Positions 40,931 to 55,813 of a stretch of DNA of 64,000 bases are shown piece by piece (the first letter of the stretch is position 1; each line of letters opens with the position of its first letter). The notes below the pieces were generated by a model, which saw nothing but the letters and a program-made list of their open reading frames with translations, did no database searches and was not told the DNA's origin. The stretch comes from Cenococcum geophilum. Taxonomy: Eukaryota. The DNA is taken from NCBI GenBank assembly GCA_050273025.1, contig CP158635.1, forward strand, positions 17,918,001 through 17,982,000, written 5' to 3'. The position numbers and the translations under genes are program-made.

Positions 40931-42999
40931 AGAGCTTAGTTGGCTAAGTGCTATAACCACTATAGCCTTATTTATTGTCCTATCCTTTAGTATCTGTTTA
41001 ATCTCTTTCTAGCGTTTGGTATATATAATATAGTATAATTATTTAAGGACAAGGAGGTTAGCGGGTGATTGTAATATAGCAGCGGCCTGTGGCCTAGTAA
41101 TAGACTTAGTTAGGGTAAATAAGCGTTTTTGTGTAATCTAATAGTTATATATATACCTTAATATACTGCATTTTATTTATATTTAGCAGACGAAGATATG
41201 GTTGCTTAAAGAGTTAAGTTAAAACTTTTGGTAGGTTAGTAGGAACCTAATATAAAAGGGAATTACGTAAAGAATCTGCTATATTAGGATTTAAGGCTTA
41301 TAAAGTTATATAGTTTAGTATTATAAAGTAAACCATGACTAAACGGGTATATAGAAGAGCCCTATAAAAGTCACGCTGGATTAATTTTGGGAACGCCTAG
41401 AAGCTTAGGTCCTATTATGTGTATATTATCCACCTTACCTTAAGAATATAGGACAATTAATTACTATAGTGCGGCTATTTAAAACCTGTCCTAAGCCACA
41501 GAAACAGCGCGTCGCCTATATTAGTAGGTAATTGGAGAAGAAGGATTTTTTTATAATTCCTACTTAGATATATTAATTCTATCTTACTATATAAAGTAAT
41601 ATAAGAGTATCCTAGCTACTGTTAAGTTAATTTCTTAGTATACTTAAACTGCGTTACTTAAATTTTAGCTTACTAGATGCCTTAATTAACAGATATCTTA
41701 GCTAAATTGCACAGCCGCTCTAATTTAGCAACATCTTCTTTATCTATATTAACTTGGGATTAGTCGGAGTTAAGCTTAGTTAGGCTTTCCTAAGGAACAC
41801 TTTAATACGCCAGAGGTAATTAATAGTTGGTATGCTGATTTTCGTCCCCCTAATTAAACGCCCAGTTAGTTAATCGTGTAAGGCAGTATCTTCTACGTTT
41901 AGGGTATAGGCGTCATAGTCTAAGAAAGTTTGGGGGGCTTTTTATAAAGATAAATATATATATTTTTCCTAAATAACTGTATAGAGATAAGGAGGCTTTG
42001 TAATAGGGTAAGGGGGATCTATAAGGAAGTAAGGGAGCTTTATAAGTAAGTGAGGGAGTAAGGGAGCTATATAAGGAAGTTAGTAAAAACGGCTTAGCTA
42101 GCAATATATATTAAATTAAGCTATTTAAGAAACTAGATTCTAAATCTATTTAACTAAGATCTATATTTTATTTATAGAATATATTCTAAAAACAAAATTA
42201 ATAAATTTAGAAACTATGATATAAATACATTTTTATTATAGTTTAGTTTCTATAGGAATATACGGCGAATAATTATAAAGTAAAATAGCATTATATTATT
42301 TAAATGTCTAATAAATATTATATCTTGCTAGCGTAAAATTATATATCTCCTCCGCCGTCATTTCTCTCTCTCTTATATTTTAGGCTCTTTTCCATGCCTA
42401 TAGGATAAACTCTATAGATTTTGTCTAAGTGACTTCGCAACTTATAAGGGTTTTAGGAGGTATGCTTATACACCAGACAGTCTGCTGGCCCCTTAGGTAA
42501 CTTATTTATGTGCTGGTTAATATATACGTTAAAGTAACGCGGCTGCTTTAAGCGCCAAGACCATATAAATTAGGATCTTAAATGCGGCAAATTTACTTAA
42601 AAAGGACACTAAATAAAAAAAATTTAAAAAGGGATGGTGAATGATGGAAATGGACGGCGACTTTTTAACAATTAGTGTGGATATATAGCGTTTTCTAGTC
42701 CATAACTAATTATAACTATTAGTTTTAGTTCGTTCTATAACACGTAAGGCTCTAATACAGCGGGGCTTACGCGATCTACTAGGGCTGCCAAGAAATCGCC
42801 AGATATCTCTTGGATGAGGCTACGTCCCTATAACTTAATAGCGATACGAAATTGGGAGGCAGCTGGTATAAAGATGGGTGGGGGAGAGAACGATGTTAGA
42901 GTTAGCGATAACAGTTTGCTTAGCATAAGGAAGTTAACTATAGCCTTTGCTCTTTCTTAGTAACTAGTTTTCTAATTTATAAGAAAGTTAAGTATATAT

Positions 43000-44163
43000 A
43001 GTGTCGAAGTCTATATCGTCATCCTTTTCAAGCAGTAGCTAAACCACTAGCTTATATATCTTATCTATCAACCCTATTAGCCGCGTATTTAATAAATATA
43101 TTTCTTTTATCTTATGCTAGCCCTCCGCTACCTACCACAATGGCGTTTTACTATATTTATTCTTAGATTTCGCGTCAACGCCGTCCTTAAGCAACAGTTC
43201 TACTACAGTCTTACGTGCCTATTAAGTAGCCCATAAGAGCGGTATCCGACTATAGCTATCCTTAGAATTAGAGTCGACGCCTTTCTATATAAGCAGTAGC
43301 TTTACTATTCCCTTTTATCTACTCTCTATAGCCTATAAGAGTGGAGTCCGACCTTTAATATTAGTAGAGTTTAGGCTAATGCTGTCCTTTATAAGCAGTA
43401 GCTTTACTATTGCCTTATACCCGCGTTCCGTAGCCGCTAATAGCGGCGTTTAATTATGGAAGCCCTTAGGGTTTAGGCTAACACTATCCTACGCGAGTAG
43501 TAGCTTTACTACCCCCTTATACCCATTTATTGCGGCCTATAATAGTGGTATATCTCTAAGAGCGCTTTTAGGATCTAGGTTAACGTTATCCCGCGTAAGT
43601 AGTAGCTCTACTACTGCCTTATTTCTATATTCTGCAGCTAATAATAGTGGCGTAGTCCTAAATTTATCCTTGGAGTTTGGATCGATGTTATCCCGTATAA
43701 GAAGTATCTTTACTACCGCCTTATAACCGTTACTTATAGCTAGTAATAGCGGCGTCCAATTGAAATCGTCTGTCGCTTAGATGTTAGCTTCTACTTCTAG
43801 TAAAATATAAGACTCCGCTTCTTGTCTATATTCTATAGCCTATAATAACGCTAAACTTTTAGAGCGCTATAGTAATTTGTTTATTAACAAAAGCAGTGGC
43901 ATTTCTAGACGAAGAGAGATATGTATATTAGCTCTATACTAGTAGGATCTAAATAAGTAATAGAAATCCGGTAGTAGAAGGCTTACTATCTAAGTAGCTA
44001 GCTATGTGGTAGTATTTAAAGTATATTTTAAGGATATAAGTCCCGTGACTTAAACTGGCAAATATAAGGTAGATTACCCTTTACTGTAGAAGGATTTAAA
44101 ATATGTCTATAGGGGGGGAGGTGGCGTAAGAGGTATTTATTCTATTGGGCTATTGTTACTTAT
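43000..44163 (-). pseudogene. Ankyrin-repeat protein (~7 repeats)
   Basis: 102-bp periodicity (AAGCAGTAGC at 43291 and 43393); translations such as DDFNWTPLLLAISNGYKAVVKILL and KDSYSRIPLLWAT..TVVELLL. Confidence 0.9.
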
Positions 44164-45419
44164 TTTTACTAAATATTAAATGAAAAGATATTTTGAAGTT
44201 GGGATTAGGATTTAGGAAACCGAAAACGGAACCGAAAAACGGGAAAACGAAAAGGATTTCTTTAGTGGGAGGGCGTGCACTATCGATCTAACTAAGTGTA
44301 TGTGATACCACGCTAGAGAGCTAGGGATACCTAAATCCTAATAAGTTAAGTTAAATAAATCGCGAAAGTTATTTAGTTCTTCCCTAATAGGCTTCGTTTT
44401 AACTATCTTTAATCTAGAGAGATTTACTATTGCGAGTAAACGCGTTAAGAGCTATATTAGGAGGGCCGTGTGGTAGGCGGATAGGTAGGCAAAGAGGGAA
44501 GATTAAAGAGGCTAGTATATAAGGACGGTATAATAGCAGTAGGGAGGCCGAGAATATATTAAGCGCGTCTTGCAATAAGGAAATAACTAGGGAGAAAAGT
44601 GTAAGGAAGGAAGCAAGGTGGGAGTGAATACTAAAGATTAAAGATTGGGCGTAGAAAAGTTAAGCCGACTTAATGTGGCTTAGACTAAGGTTTCGTAGGG
44701 CTTAGTTAAATACTAAGCCACGATAATTGGTTTTAGTTTGTTCTGTAACGCGTAAGGCTCTAATATAATAGGGCTCCTAAGAGTGGGCTTTCTGGGGTTA
44801 GTTATATAAGCGCTAATAGACAATTATATAGCTGGTCCTAAAATAAGCTAAACCTAATATGTTAAATACAGATAGTTAACTTTATCTTATAGCGGTTAAT
44901 TAACCTACTCCTTAAAACTAGGACCTAGTTTCTTAAAACTAGATCCGGCCTTTAGAATCGTACCCTTTTTATAATAGTTAATTAGCTGTCTCCTAGGGTC
45001 AGGTTTGGCTTTAAAATCGCGATTTAAGCTAGGGTAAAAATAGCCCTATGCTTGCTCTTCTAAGACCATTAAGCCGCTTAGCTTAACCACTTAATTTTTT
45101 TAGCCGTGTTTAGTATATTTAGCTTAGCAGATATTCCTAATAGTTAACTAGCCCGTTCCTAAAAATAGACTTAGGATATAGTCTTTAGAATTAGAATATA
45201 GTCTTTAGAATTAGACCTAGTTCTTAGAACAAGATTTAGTTTTTAAAGTTATAACTTAGGCTAACATTAAGGGATATATCCTATATTTACTCTTAATATT
45301 CCCACCTTATTAATATAAAATTCAGTTAACCTATACGCTAGTTATCCTATAAAAACACTAGAGAGCTACTAACCCATTAATTATTTATTATAGTTATATA
45401 TTTAAAGCAAAGATTACTA

Positions 45420-47130
45420 TTAAGGTTAAAGCGAGCCGTAAATAAGAATTTTTAAAAGTAAAAGGGGACCTTCTTAGAAAAGGCCAATAGATTAAAGCGA
45501 CACTTTTATATAGATTGCTATATCCTTATACGGCGCAATAGTCGATTTTATATTTATATGTCTATAGATTAATCTTTATGGCCTCTAAACCCATAAGACC
45601 TAGTAGGCCCTCTTCTCTCTATTACTATACGGAATATACTAACTGTTTTAAAGGAAAGGTTCTATCCTGTTCCAGTTAAGAAGACTCTAGTATATTTTAA
45701 CTAGGTTAAAGAGGATAGGTTAATAAAGGTTAATTCTAAGACATCTAGATTGGAAAGCGACGACCTTAAGAACTAAGCGAGTTATAGAGCGGCTGACTTA
45801 TCACTGCTAAGCATATAAAGGTGGAGGACTTATTAAGCTTGCTTACTATAAGTAAGTCTCTAACTTTAATCCAATATATAAGAATTTGTTTATTTATATA
45901 CGGATAATAATAAGAGATTCTTAATATAGAAGTAACTGTATAGAAACAAAATACCAAGCTAAGGAAATCCTAATTAACGCCTTAATCCTTAATAAATGCT
46001 AAAAGAAATTAACGTGATTGCAAAAGTCTTTATAAGAAATTTCTTATTCCTTAGACTTCTTAGAATCTCCATTTCTAGTGTAATTTACCTTTCTCTTGCG
46101 TACTATTCTCCTCGATATCTCTTCTAATGGATCCTCTAATACTTCTCCTAGTTAATCTCCTTACTTATATAGTTTGCCCCTCTTAGCTATTTCTATTATA
46201 ATATCTTTAAGCGGTTTATATATTTTAGTATAACGGTAGAGATAACAAGGATTCTTAATATAGTAAAATAAAAGTTTCTTTTACGGTATAGCCACCGCTA
46301 AAACCCAGGTAGGATACTAGTATATTACTGCGATAGGACTATATAAAGATATAATTCCTCTATAACTAGGGTTTCGAAGACGTGTTATGTCCTCTATTAT
46401 ATAATAAGTAGGTAACCAGGATATAAGATACTTTACTTATCCGCTTAAGATCTTAGCATTAAAAATTGTTAACACTTTAGATAGATATATAGGGACTAAA
46501 CCATTCTCTACTTAATTATTAGTGTTGTAAAATAATATAGGCGTCTTGTAAATATACCTCTAGGTACCAGCGAAATATATTTAGAACCTATAACTGTATT
46601 TATTTGCTGGGATAAGCCTTTAACATAGTTCTTTTTCGGTTAAGGTAAGTCTATCTTAGCCTCGCCATGGTCCTCTATTAGCTTAGGTAAGTCTATCTTA
46701 GATTCGCTATAGCCTTCTAAACCCCTAAGGTAATTAAGGTATATTTTTTATACACTCGCCTAAACCGTATCCTCTTATATATTACCCTTTATATTATTGT
46801 CCTTTTTGTAAGAACTGGCCTTATTGGGTGTTTGGGTAGGTGTATAAGGTATCTACTCCTATATACGACCGGAAAGCTATAATTGTTTCTCCTGCTATTG
46901 GATGCCGCGTCTTTAGCGTTAATGTAATTTTAAGATAATCTAGGGTTTTTAGTAGGTTGATGATTAGATATAATATCTTTAGGGAGGTAGTATATAGTAA
47001 TGTCTTTATAAATACTAATTAAGGGCTTATAGGCTATATTAGCAATATATTTAAATTTAGTTAAGGTATTATATATAATGTCTGGTATTCTTATAAGGAT
47101 AGTAAGGGATATATAGTTAATAGGTTAAAT
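45420..47130 (-). pseudogene. Unknown gene remnant
   Basis: Long minus frame with mostly TAA/TAG stops (YPTWVLAVAIP*KKLLF..LEDPLEDIEE..FLLAFIKD), continuous with ORF 45766-45957. Confidence 0.4.
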
Positions 47131-47444
47131 TTAAAGGTAAATTGAATTAATAGCATATAAGAACTAGGAGTATGACGTTTATACTCCATTTCTCTTCTAG
47201 GGCTAAGTTGGGACAGAAAGTAGAAGGGAAAGGCGGAGTATACTAGCCGCCCTTTTCCACTTTATATAGTATCTATAGTATAATATTTAGTGGCTATAAT
47301 TACTCTTAGCTTATGTATTATCTGCGCCCGAGATTATAGGCGCCTAGAGTAATCTATAAGTAAGGCATTATTAGGAGTAGCTATTAGCTAAGCTGTTACT
47401 AGATTTAAATAGCTAACAATCCCTAATAGACGCCGTATACCTTA

Positions 47445-47810
47445 GTAGGGTTTGGAAGCATTTGTATGAAGTTATAAACTAGAATCGGAAGTTAATAATG
47501 ACCCCTAATAACGCCTCCCTTAGTAGGAATAGTATTATATAATTTACTTTTAATGCCTGTCCTTTATGGAATAAGACACTACTTAAGCAGTAGACTTACC
47601 CTAGCTAGTTAATCTTGTATATTAACTCCCCATCTATAGTAAAGGAGCTATTAGTGCGCTGCTAAAAGGCTTAGTTAGTATCCTAGCTAAGCCCTTTATA
47701 AATGCCCCGCCTTATATAGGCGGTATAATAACTCCTACTAATCTGCCTTACGCTAAGGGAGGACTTGTATTTAAGGCGCTAAGTAGCTAGTATAGAGGCC
47801 TATAGGCTTA
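47445..47810 (+). repeat. Direct repeat copy A (pairs with ~59133-59500), coding-like
   Basis: Shared blocks such as CTAGCTAAGCCCTTTATAA and CCGCCTTATATAGGCGGTATAATAACTCCTA. Confidence 0.9.
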
Positions 47811-49981
47811 TTTTATATCCTAATAATATTAACTACAATTTCTCTTTAAGTGGTATCCCGAAACCCTAAGTACCTATAAACGTAGCGACCCTAAATTGTT
47901 AGCTAGTAAGTGGGCGTTTATAGATAAAGAAATCGGCTTTAGAGATAGTAACGGCAATATAGAGGCGTTAACTGGTTAAGAGAGTAAATCTAGCGATAAG
48001 GATTAAGAATGGGACGTAGAGATATTATATAGCGGAGAAAATTATTTTAGTACTAAAGGTTAAGAAATATAGGTAGATAGCAATAAAGAGATATTAAGCG
48101 ACGAGGCTATATAGGCGACAATTAAATATGGTGGCCTTGGCTTTATAGTCCTAAATCTATAAGTATAGGATATAAATGCAAAAAAGAGTTCTAATAAAAG
48201 CTAGTAAAAGGGTTAAAACTTTGGCCTTTCTTTGTTTAGCCTATCGCGAAATAAAATAATATTTTACTATTCCTACTAAAGTCTCTACCCGCTTGACTTA
48301 TAGCGAGCTATAAAGTATTCGCGATAATCTATGCCTTCCCTTAGATGAGTTTATTTACTACCTTAAAAGCGATAATGGAATATAAATCTATACTAGTGAC
48401 CTAGGATTTTTTGCATTTTTTATAGACCTGGAATATATACCGCCTTAGTAACTATTAGTCGTGTTTAAGACTACGGTCCTTATAGATTTATACCTTAAGG
48501 ATATAAATATATTATTTTATAGTGTTTTCTTTTTATTTAAGTTATTTCTCTGCTTATTATATATAGTAGTTATTTATCTATTCCGGTATAGTATGGAGGG
48601 GTAGTTAGGTTACGCGAGGGGGCTTAAACTTATAGCTACGCTTATAGGGCTATTTATATAGGGACTTCTTTAAGTATATATAAGGGGGCTTTAAGTCGTT
48701 ATAAAGTTTATAGGAGTTATTATGTGGGAATTTCTTTAATATTTCTAGATCTAGTCTTATATATTTCTTTTATTTCTAGTTTTAGGATCTTTATAAGATT
48801 TACTTCTTATTAATTTAGATTTGCACGTAACGTATAAGGCTTAAATGTAGCGAGGCTAAAGAGGACGCTAGCGCAGAGCTTATCCGTCTTTAACTTGGCT
48901 ATTTATTACGGGTTCTAGATTATTAGTAAAACTGTTTAAATGTTTCTATTAATCCGCTCCGCCTAAATCGCCCATCCGCTGTAAACAAAACTCTCCCCTA
49001 TACGCTCTCCCGTTATTATTATTATCGCTACTATAATATGGCCTAACAGTTACCTAATTATAAATAGCTTTTCCTTAAAGAGTAATATAGACGACAAGAA
49101 GAGCAATACGGATAATAAGAAGAGCAGCGTAGATGGGAGGAGGAGTAGCGTAGATAAGAAGAAGCAGAGCGCGTATAGGAAGAAGTAGAGCGTGTATAGG
49201 AAGAAGCGGAGCGTATATAGGAAGAAGCAGAGCGCGCATAGGAAGAAGAATAATGTAGATGGTAAGAAGTAGAGCGAGCCTAGGAAGAAGCTGAGGGGAA
49301 AACCTATAAGATAACACTACCCAAGTTTCTTAACGCCTATTATACCTATCTCTACTTAGGCCTTACTATTTAAACTAATACGACGTTATTAATATGGGGC
49401 GACCCTACTAATACAAATAATAAGATTTACCCTAAAAGGATTTAAGCATAGGAAGATTTTTTAGTATAGTAGGAAGCTATCTAGAACAACCTTATAGGAT
49501 TAGATTTTATACTAAAACTGTACTTTACTTCGCTATATATATTAGAAGAGTCTAGGAAGGCTATTTACTAGAGGATAATAAGTTCTAAGCTAGACTTAAA
49601 TTACTTTTAGCGCTATACTGTTAAGGACTATATATTATCGATTATTAAATAACTTTATAATAATCCGACACTTTGGCGGAAGTTCCGCCTAAAAGGGTTA
49701 GTAAAGTTTAAAAATTATACTAATACTCTTAGCCCGGAATAGTAAATAAAGAAAGATATATAACGAATAAGTATATCTAGGAACTAGTAACGGTAGTCAC
49801 CCTATCTCTAAGCCCAGGCTAAGCAAATAAAGCCGCTAGACTCGGCTAACCTAGCTAAGCCTGCGGCTGTAGCAATGGTAGAATTAGTAAGATTATCACG
49901 TCTTTATATAGATTAGTTCTGCGTATATAATACTTTTAGTAAGACTTAGAATATAGAGCATTATATTACTACCTTTATTAT

Positions 49982-50159
49982 TGTTGGGAATATAAGCAAG
50001 TTGCCGTTACGTGCGGTAAGTTGCCGTCATATATCGCCGCGGCACTAGTGTGGCGAGGAGCCTTAAGCTCCTCGCCCCCCCTAATGAATACAAAAAGAAG
50101 AACAATTATTATACTATCTACGAACCGTAGCTACGTAATATCACCTTGTGTAACTAACA
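49982..50159 (+). repeat. Copia 5' LTR (178 bp)
   Basis: TGTTGG...CTAACA; two AAGTTGCCGT units. Confidence 0.95.
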
Positions 50160-53100
50160 CTAATTAGTAGTTAACTTTACTGTTATACTACAGAACAGCT
50201 AGGTATTCCACTAAGAAGAGATAAGCCACTATACCAGTACTACTCGTGCTAAAGGAAGCTATCTTTTAAGGTTAGAACTAGTCCTAAACCTTAAATAGAA
50301 CTCTTCTATAAATCTAAGGATTTAAAGGCTAAAACTAGTCCTAAGCCTTTCTAAGATTATAGATTCTTGCGTCTATTACGCAGAACAACACGCTTTATAA
50401 GTCTTCGCGATTTAAGGCTAGAACTAGTCCTAAGCCCTATAACCGCAAATATATATCACGAACGCGTACTAAACAATAAACGCGTACTAAATAATAAATA
50501 TATATTACAAACGCGTACTAAACGACAATCCCTATACTAATAACACTTCCTTCCCTCTAAAAACATAGCTACGCCTACTTTAAATAACTAGAAAGACTCC
50601 TTACTACTAGGGGTAGCTAAGCACACAAAACTTATTGATGAAGATTGGGACGAATTCGCCTTTAATATAATAACTTATACTATAAAACAAGTTAACGGCT
50701 TTCTCCTATACTATATTATATTTTACTAAAATAGATACTATGCCAATTTATAACTATAGGAGTATTTTAGGGAGGATTTTATAGAATGGACTGCTAATAC
50801 CTAGGCACTTAGCAACGTTAATATTGTTTAGGATTTTTAAGACTTCCTCTATAGGAATGGGGTATACGTTACTAAAAACGGTAACCTAATTACAAGCAAT
50901 ATTTAGGCCGTTATTATTAGTATAGAAGAACTAATATAGACGAAAGCTAAGATTATATATTAACTACGGAAACCTAAAAATAACCTATATTCTTTGGAAG
51001 GCAACTTTAATTCATATTAAAACCCCTAGAACGCTAACCCCCCACCTAGAGCTACTCTCCTACCTAGAGGTGCTCTCCCATTTAGAGTTACTCCGCTTTT
51101 ACCTCCTCCACTCTAGCTAACCGGTAAGCCTTTACTACGAGAAGTCACGAATTTAATAAAGGTATATTTGGACGAAGAGAAGAAGTTTAGAGGAGAACTA
51201 TATAACATACTCGGAGCAAAACTATAGGTCTTTTATAACTGTTATAATAAGGTTAAAATTTAACGCCACTAGTACCATTACGCTTTCTCTATTATATTAA
51301 AGGGATAGATAGCAATATTCTATTATAACTATATTACGGGTAAAAACTATAGCTTTAATATAATGCTTTAGCTTACTAAAGCCTACTTTAAGACTAATAA
51401 GAATCGCTAACTTTATATATCCAAATAGCGAGAGACTATATTTTAAAGAGTTATTACTTTTAACCCAATAAAGACTTATTTAGAGTACCTTTAACTACTC
51501 TTTAATAAGCTCTAGAAAATCTAATGTAGCTTTACTAAAACTTACTAAAATAAGAACAGTCTAAGGGACTAGGTTATCTTAGCCTACCGTAGCGTTCCTA
51601 AGTGCAATTTAGTGCTATATAAACCTATAGATACGTTTAAAGGAGTATATACCAAACTACGCTCCGCTATAGGTACTGCAATATAAATATAAGAACCTTA
51701 ATATTTCTATACCAAAAACCCTACCTAATTAAGTATTCCTAACTAATATAATTATAACTGGACTAATTAAATATATAGTGGCCGTAGTAGGGAATACGGA
51801 AGAGAGTACAATTAATGTTAACTATAAGGTAATTATAGAAGTCCTTATAGAGGTTTATTTCAAAGTAATTACTAAAAGAAGTGCTATATTTATAAGAAGC
51901 TAAATTGCTAGTTAACTAGACACTTCCTTAATAAGTAAAAGAAGGTATATAATAAGTTCCGTTAGAGTATAAGAAATGTTAAAAATTACAAGGTTACTAC
52001 GGCCTACTTTTAAAGCTGCCTAGTTTAATATAAAGGCGTAAAAGATCTTAAGGGTAAGGTTAATAAGACCGAACAGCTCCTTATAGATATGGAAATTAAG
52101 GACTACTTACCTAACTAATACTTTACTAAGTATAGTGAGGTAAATAGTACATAAACCGTCACTATTCTTAATAACTAATCTACGCTCCATTCTATTATAA
52201 AGTTAGATATCTTTAATAAGCTAAAGGAGAGCTTTACATTTTCCTTTAATAACAGATACTCGGCGAACGTCTTTTATAGTATTATACCGGATACTAAAGC
52301 CGTAGGAGTATCTATAGTAGGAAAACCTTAAGTTTAAGCCCTTTAGTAGCTTAATAGCTCTGTTTAGATTAACTATTTAACGGCAGGCCAACACATAATT
52401 TGTTTTAGCAAGGGTACTACAACCTCTTTTAGCATAATTAGGGTTTAAACCCCCTTAGAGTATATTGCTTTTTATATTATCCCCACAAATACCCTATTTC
52501 TATTTTATATTAAAGATATAAATAAACTAGGCGTTAAGCTTAATAACCTTAAGAATATACTTATGCAGGGAGATAATCGGGTGCCTATTATATATAAGTA
52601 GGGTCACCCTTAGCTGCTCCTTTAATAACTAGAAAAGAGTGTTGCTTAGATCCATTTAACTAAGTTAGAGTTACGCCAACTATACCATCGTTTTAGTTAC
52701 CTATTAGTTTACCAATTACTTAGGGTTCTTTAGTAAGTAGGCTATAAAGTTAAGGTTAAGGCAATTAAGTATCTTATAAAATACTACTACCACTGCCAAA
52801 TAAACTAGAGGTCCCCTAGCCAATTTAAGTTCACCCTTAAAGATAACTACGACTTTAACTTCTGTATTATCGTTAACGTTATATATCTTAGCAGCAAGCT
52901 AGTACTCTAAGTTATTAATTTCTTAACCTCCTTCTAAGCCGCATAATTCTTAAAGGATATATTAGCTAGGAACGCATGGGATACCCTTTAATTATACTAA
53001 ATTAATATCTACCTAGGACCCCCTAATTAAATTGTCTATAACGTAGGAAAGAACTTCTTATTTATAGAGTTCTGATAATAAATAAAGGCAATAGCAATTA

Positions 53101-55813
53101 AGGTTAAGGAAGTCCCTATTAAGGCATATAATAGTATTAGAAAAGTAGAGCGATATTATACGCCATTACGCCGCGTATATAAGATTATCTCTTTAGAACT
53201 AAAGGACGCTAGTAAAGAACTTACCTTATAAATAGCTATTAAAGCTATTAACAATTCCGCTGGCCCGGATAAACTCATACCTACATTACTAGTCTTTAGC
53301 GCCTACCCACGAATAACTAATAATTCTTTACTATTTCCCTCCGTTATATAATAAGCTAAGGCAATTTATAAGGTAATAAAGGAGGTACAACACCTCTATA
53401 CTACACGCTAGGTTAATAATATACTAAGAATAAGAAATAGCCTAAATACCTTAACTATAATTAATCTGCCACTCTAGTTTAAGGTACGCGTATAGCATAA
53501 AAAGGAAGGATAGTTAGGCCCACATTAACTTATTACAATTAATAGTTAAACTTATACTATTTAGATGCCTTATAGACCCACTTAATTCCGTTTAACTATT
53601 ATTAAGCCTTACTATAAAGATAATAATTTTAAGCCTTTACAGGATGCCCTAGAAGATGCCCTAAAAGAGAACCACAATTAATATACTCTAGAAGGCGACT
53701 ATAATCCCAATATAATTATAGTAGATGCGCTATAACTATAACGCGGTAGAGGTTGCCTAAAGGGATTACGAAATCACTAACATCTTATTAATTTTAAAGA
53801 ATAATTTGTTGCTACTATTAAGAATAGAGTTAAGTTATTAATGGCCTTTATAACAGCTAAAGAGAAGGCTAACTTTAAGCTCGTAAAACAGCTCTAAAAA
53901 GAAGGCTATATTATAACCCTAGGAGCTCCTTTCTAAGTATTTAACAAGTAGGAGATTGACGGTCTTATCGTAAGAGGAGTCTTTAAATTTAAGAAGTATA
54001 ACCCTACTAAGTTTAATAAAGTTCGTATCTTTAAGTTAAGGATAGTTAATAAGATTAAGGGTAAGGCTACTAACGCCCTATTTAAGAAATTAAGGCTTAT
54101 TATTTAAGGTTGTAATAATAATAGTAAGGAGATAATTTTTATATAATCTCCTATAATTTAACAAGCTAGTTAACGAGTTATTATTATATTAGCTCCCTCC
54201 TTAATAAAGAATAGAATAGCGGTCTATTTGCGAGATATTACCTAGGCCTACACCTAATTAGAGACGCACCTTTAGCGCTTAATATTGGCATACCTTCTAG
54301 AGCAAATTTGCCACTAATATCCCGAAGATATAATTATGGTTATGCTTAAGCTATTATATAGAATTGCAGAGGCAGGAACTTATTAGTGGGCTACCTACAG
54401 CAAGCACTATAAAGAGAAGCTTTTAATAACTACATTTATATTTGACCTATACTTCCTTATTATAACTATAGGAACTTTATTTAGAATTGTTGGTATATAA
54501 ACTAATAATATAATTATTTTGGAAGACGACCGATTCTTAGCTCTTAAAGAAGATAAACTAGTAAAGGTAAATCTTATAGTAAAACTAAAGGAAAAGCTTA
54601 ATTTAATAACACCATTACTCTTTAATAAATGTATCCTCTCCCTAAACGAGGATTCTATTGCTTTATGCTAGAAGGGTTAAGGTAAGAAGATCGACGTTAT
54701 TAACGTTAATTCTTTAAAGTAAGGATATGTGGAGCAACGCGCTTATAGAGCTTATGTTACTTTTATCTATTAACCTAAGGCTTTATTTAATCTCTCTATT
54801 ACCACCTAATACCAGGAACTAACTAAGGATAACGTTCTTGCCCTAAATAAACGTCTTTCCTAGTAAATAAACTATCTTAATTAGGGACTACTCTATATAC
54901 CTATTAATCTTCCTACCGCTAAGCTCTTTATATTTATTAATAGATCGTTTATAAATAATAAAGATTTTAGCTCCTAATTAGGATATAAGATTATTATTAT
55001 AAACGAATTTACTAGAGAGAATAACTTTATAATCTACAGCAATCTTATCTATTAAAGCTTAACTAAGAGTAAGTGCGTTATTTAAAGCGTTCTAGCGTTA
55101 GAGATATATAGAATGGTTAGCGGAGTTAATATGGCAATTACAATTGGAACTACCCTAAAGATAATTATAGATTAACTCGTACTTTCTATTATCCCTATAA
55201 TCGTATATACCAATTTATACTCCCTCTATAAGTACCTAGTTAAGCTTAGTACTATAAAGGAAAAGCGCCTTATAATTAATATTATGGCACTTTAATAATC
55301 CTATAAACGGCGAGAACTCTTTAAAATTTAATAAATTAATGGCTAAGATAACCTGGTAGATGTAATAACGAAGGTAAACCTAAATAAGGTACTAGAGACG
55401 TTTATTAACACAAATACTCTACGTATACAAGTTAAAGGTTAGGTTAAAAGGGAGTCCCTAGAAATTTCTTAGTTACGTAAGGTCTTAAGATATCCAGGAA
55501 CTTCGACCGCCGGTTAAAGTTGTCTAATTAGTTAGATTCTGCAGACCCTAACTTAACCTAGCTAATTAGGATTTTCTATCCCCAGGATAGAAAATCGCTA
55601 TTGGCTTGCTTACTACTAGCGCCTTAGCGGCCCTTTAAACAAGATATCTACCTGCGACTCCTAAGTAAGAAAGCACCACGTGCTAAGAGGCAAACTTTTA
55701 GGATAGCGAGACTTATATTATAATGGCAATAGTAAGTAAAGAGAATTGATATTTGTTACACTAGTCGAGCGGTATATATATATAGATGGCAACCGCAAAA
55801 GAAGAGTTGCTAG

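Noticed and set aside
49075..49317. Minus-strand 80-aa Leu/Pro-rich ORF as a membrane peptide
   Set aside because: It is the antisense shadow of the Spok-like heptad repeat.
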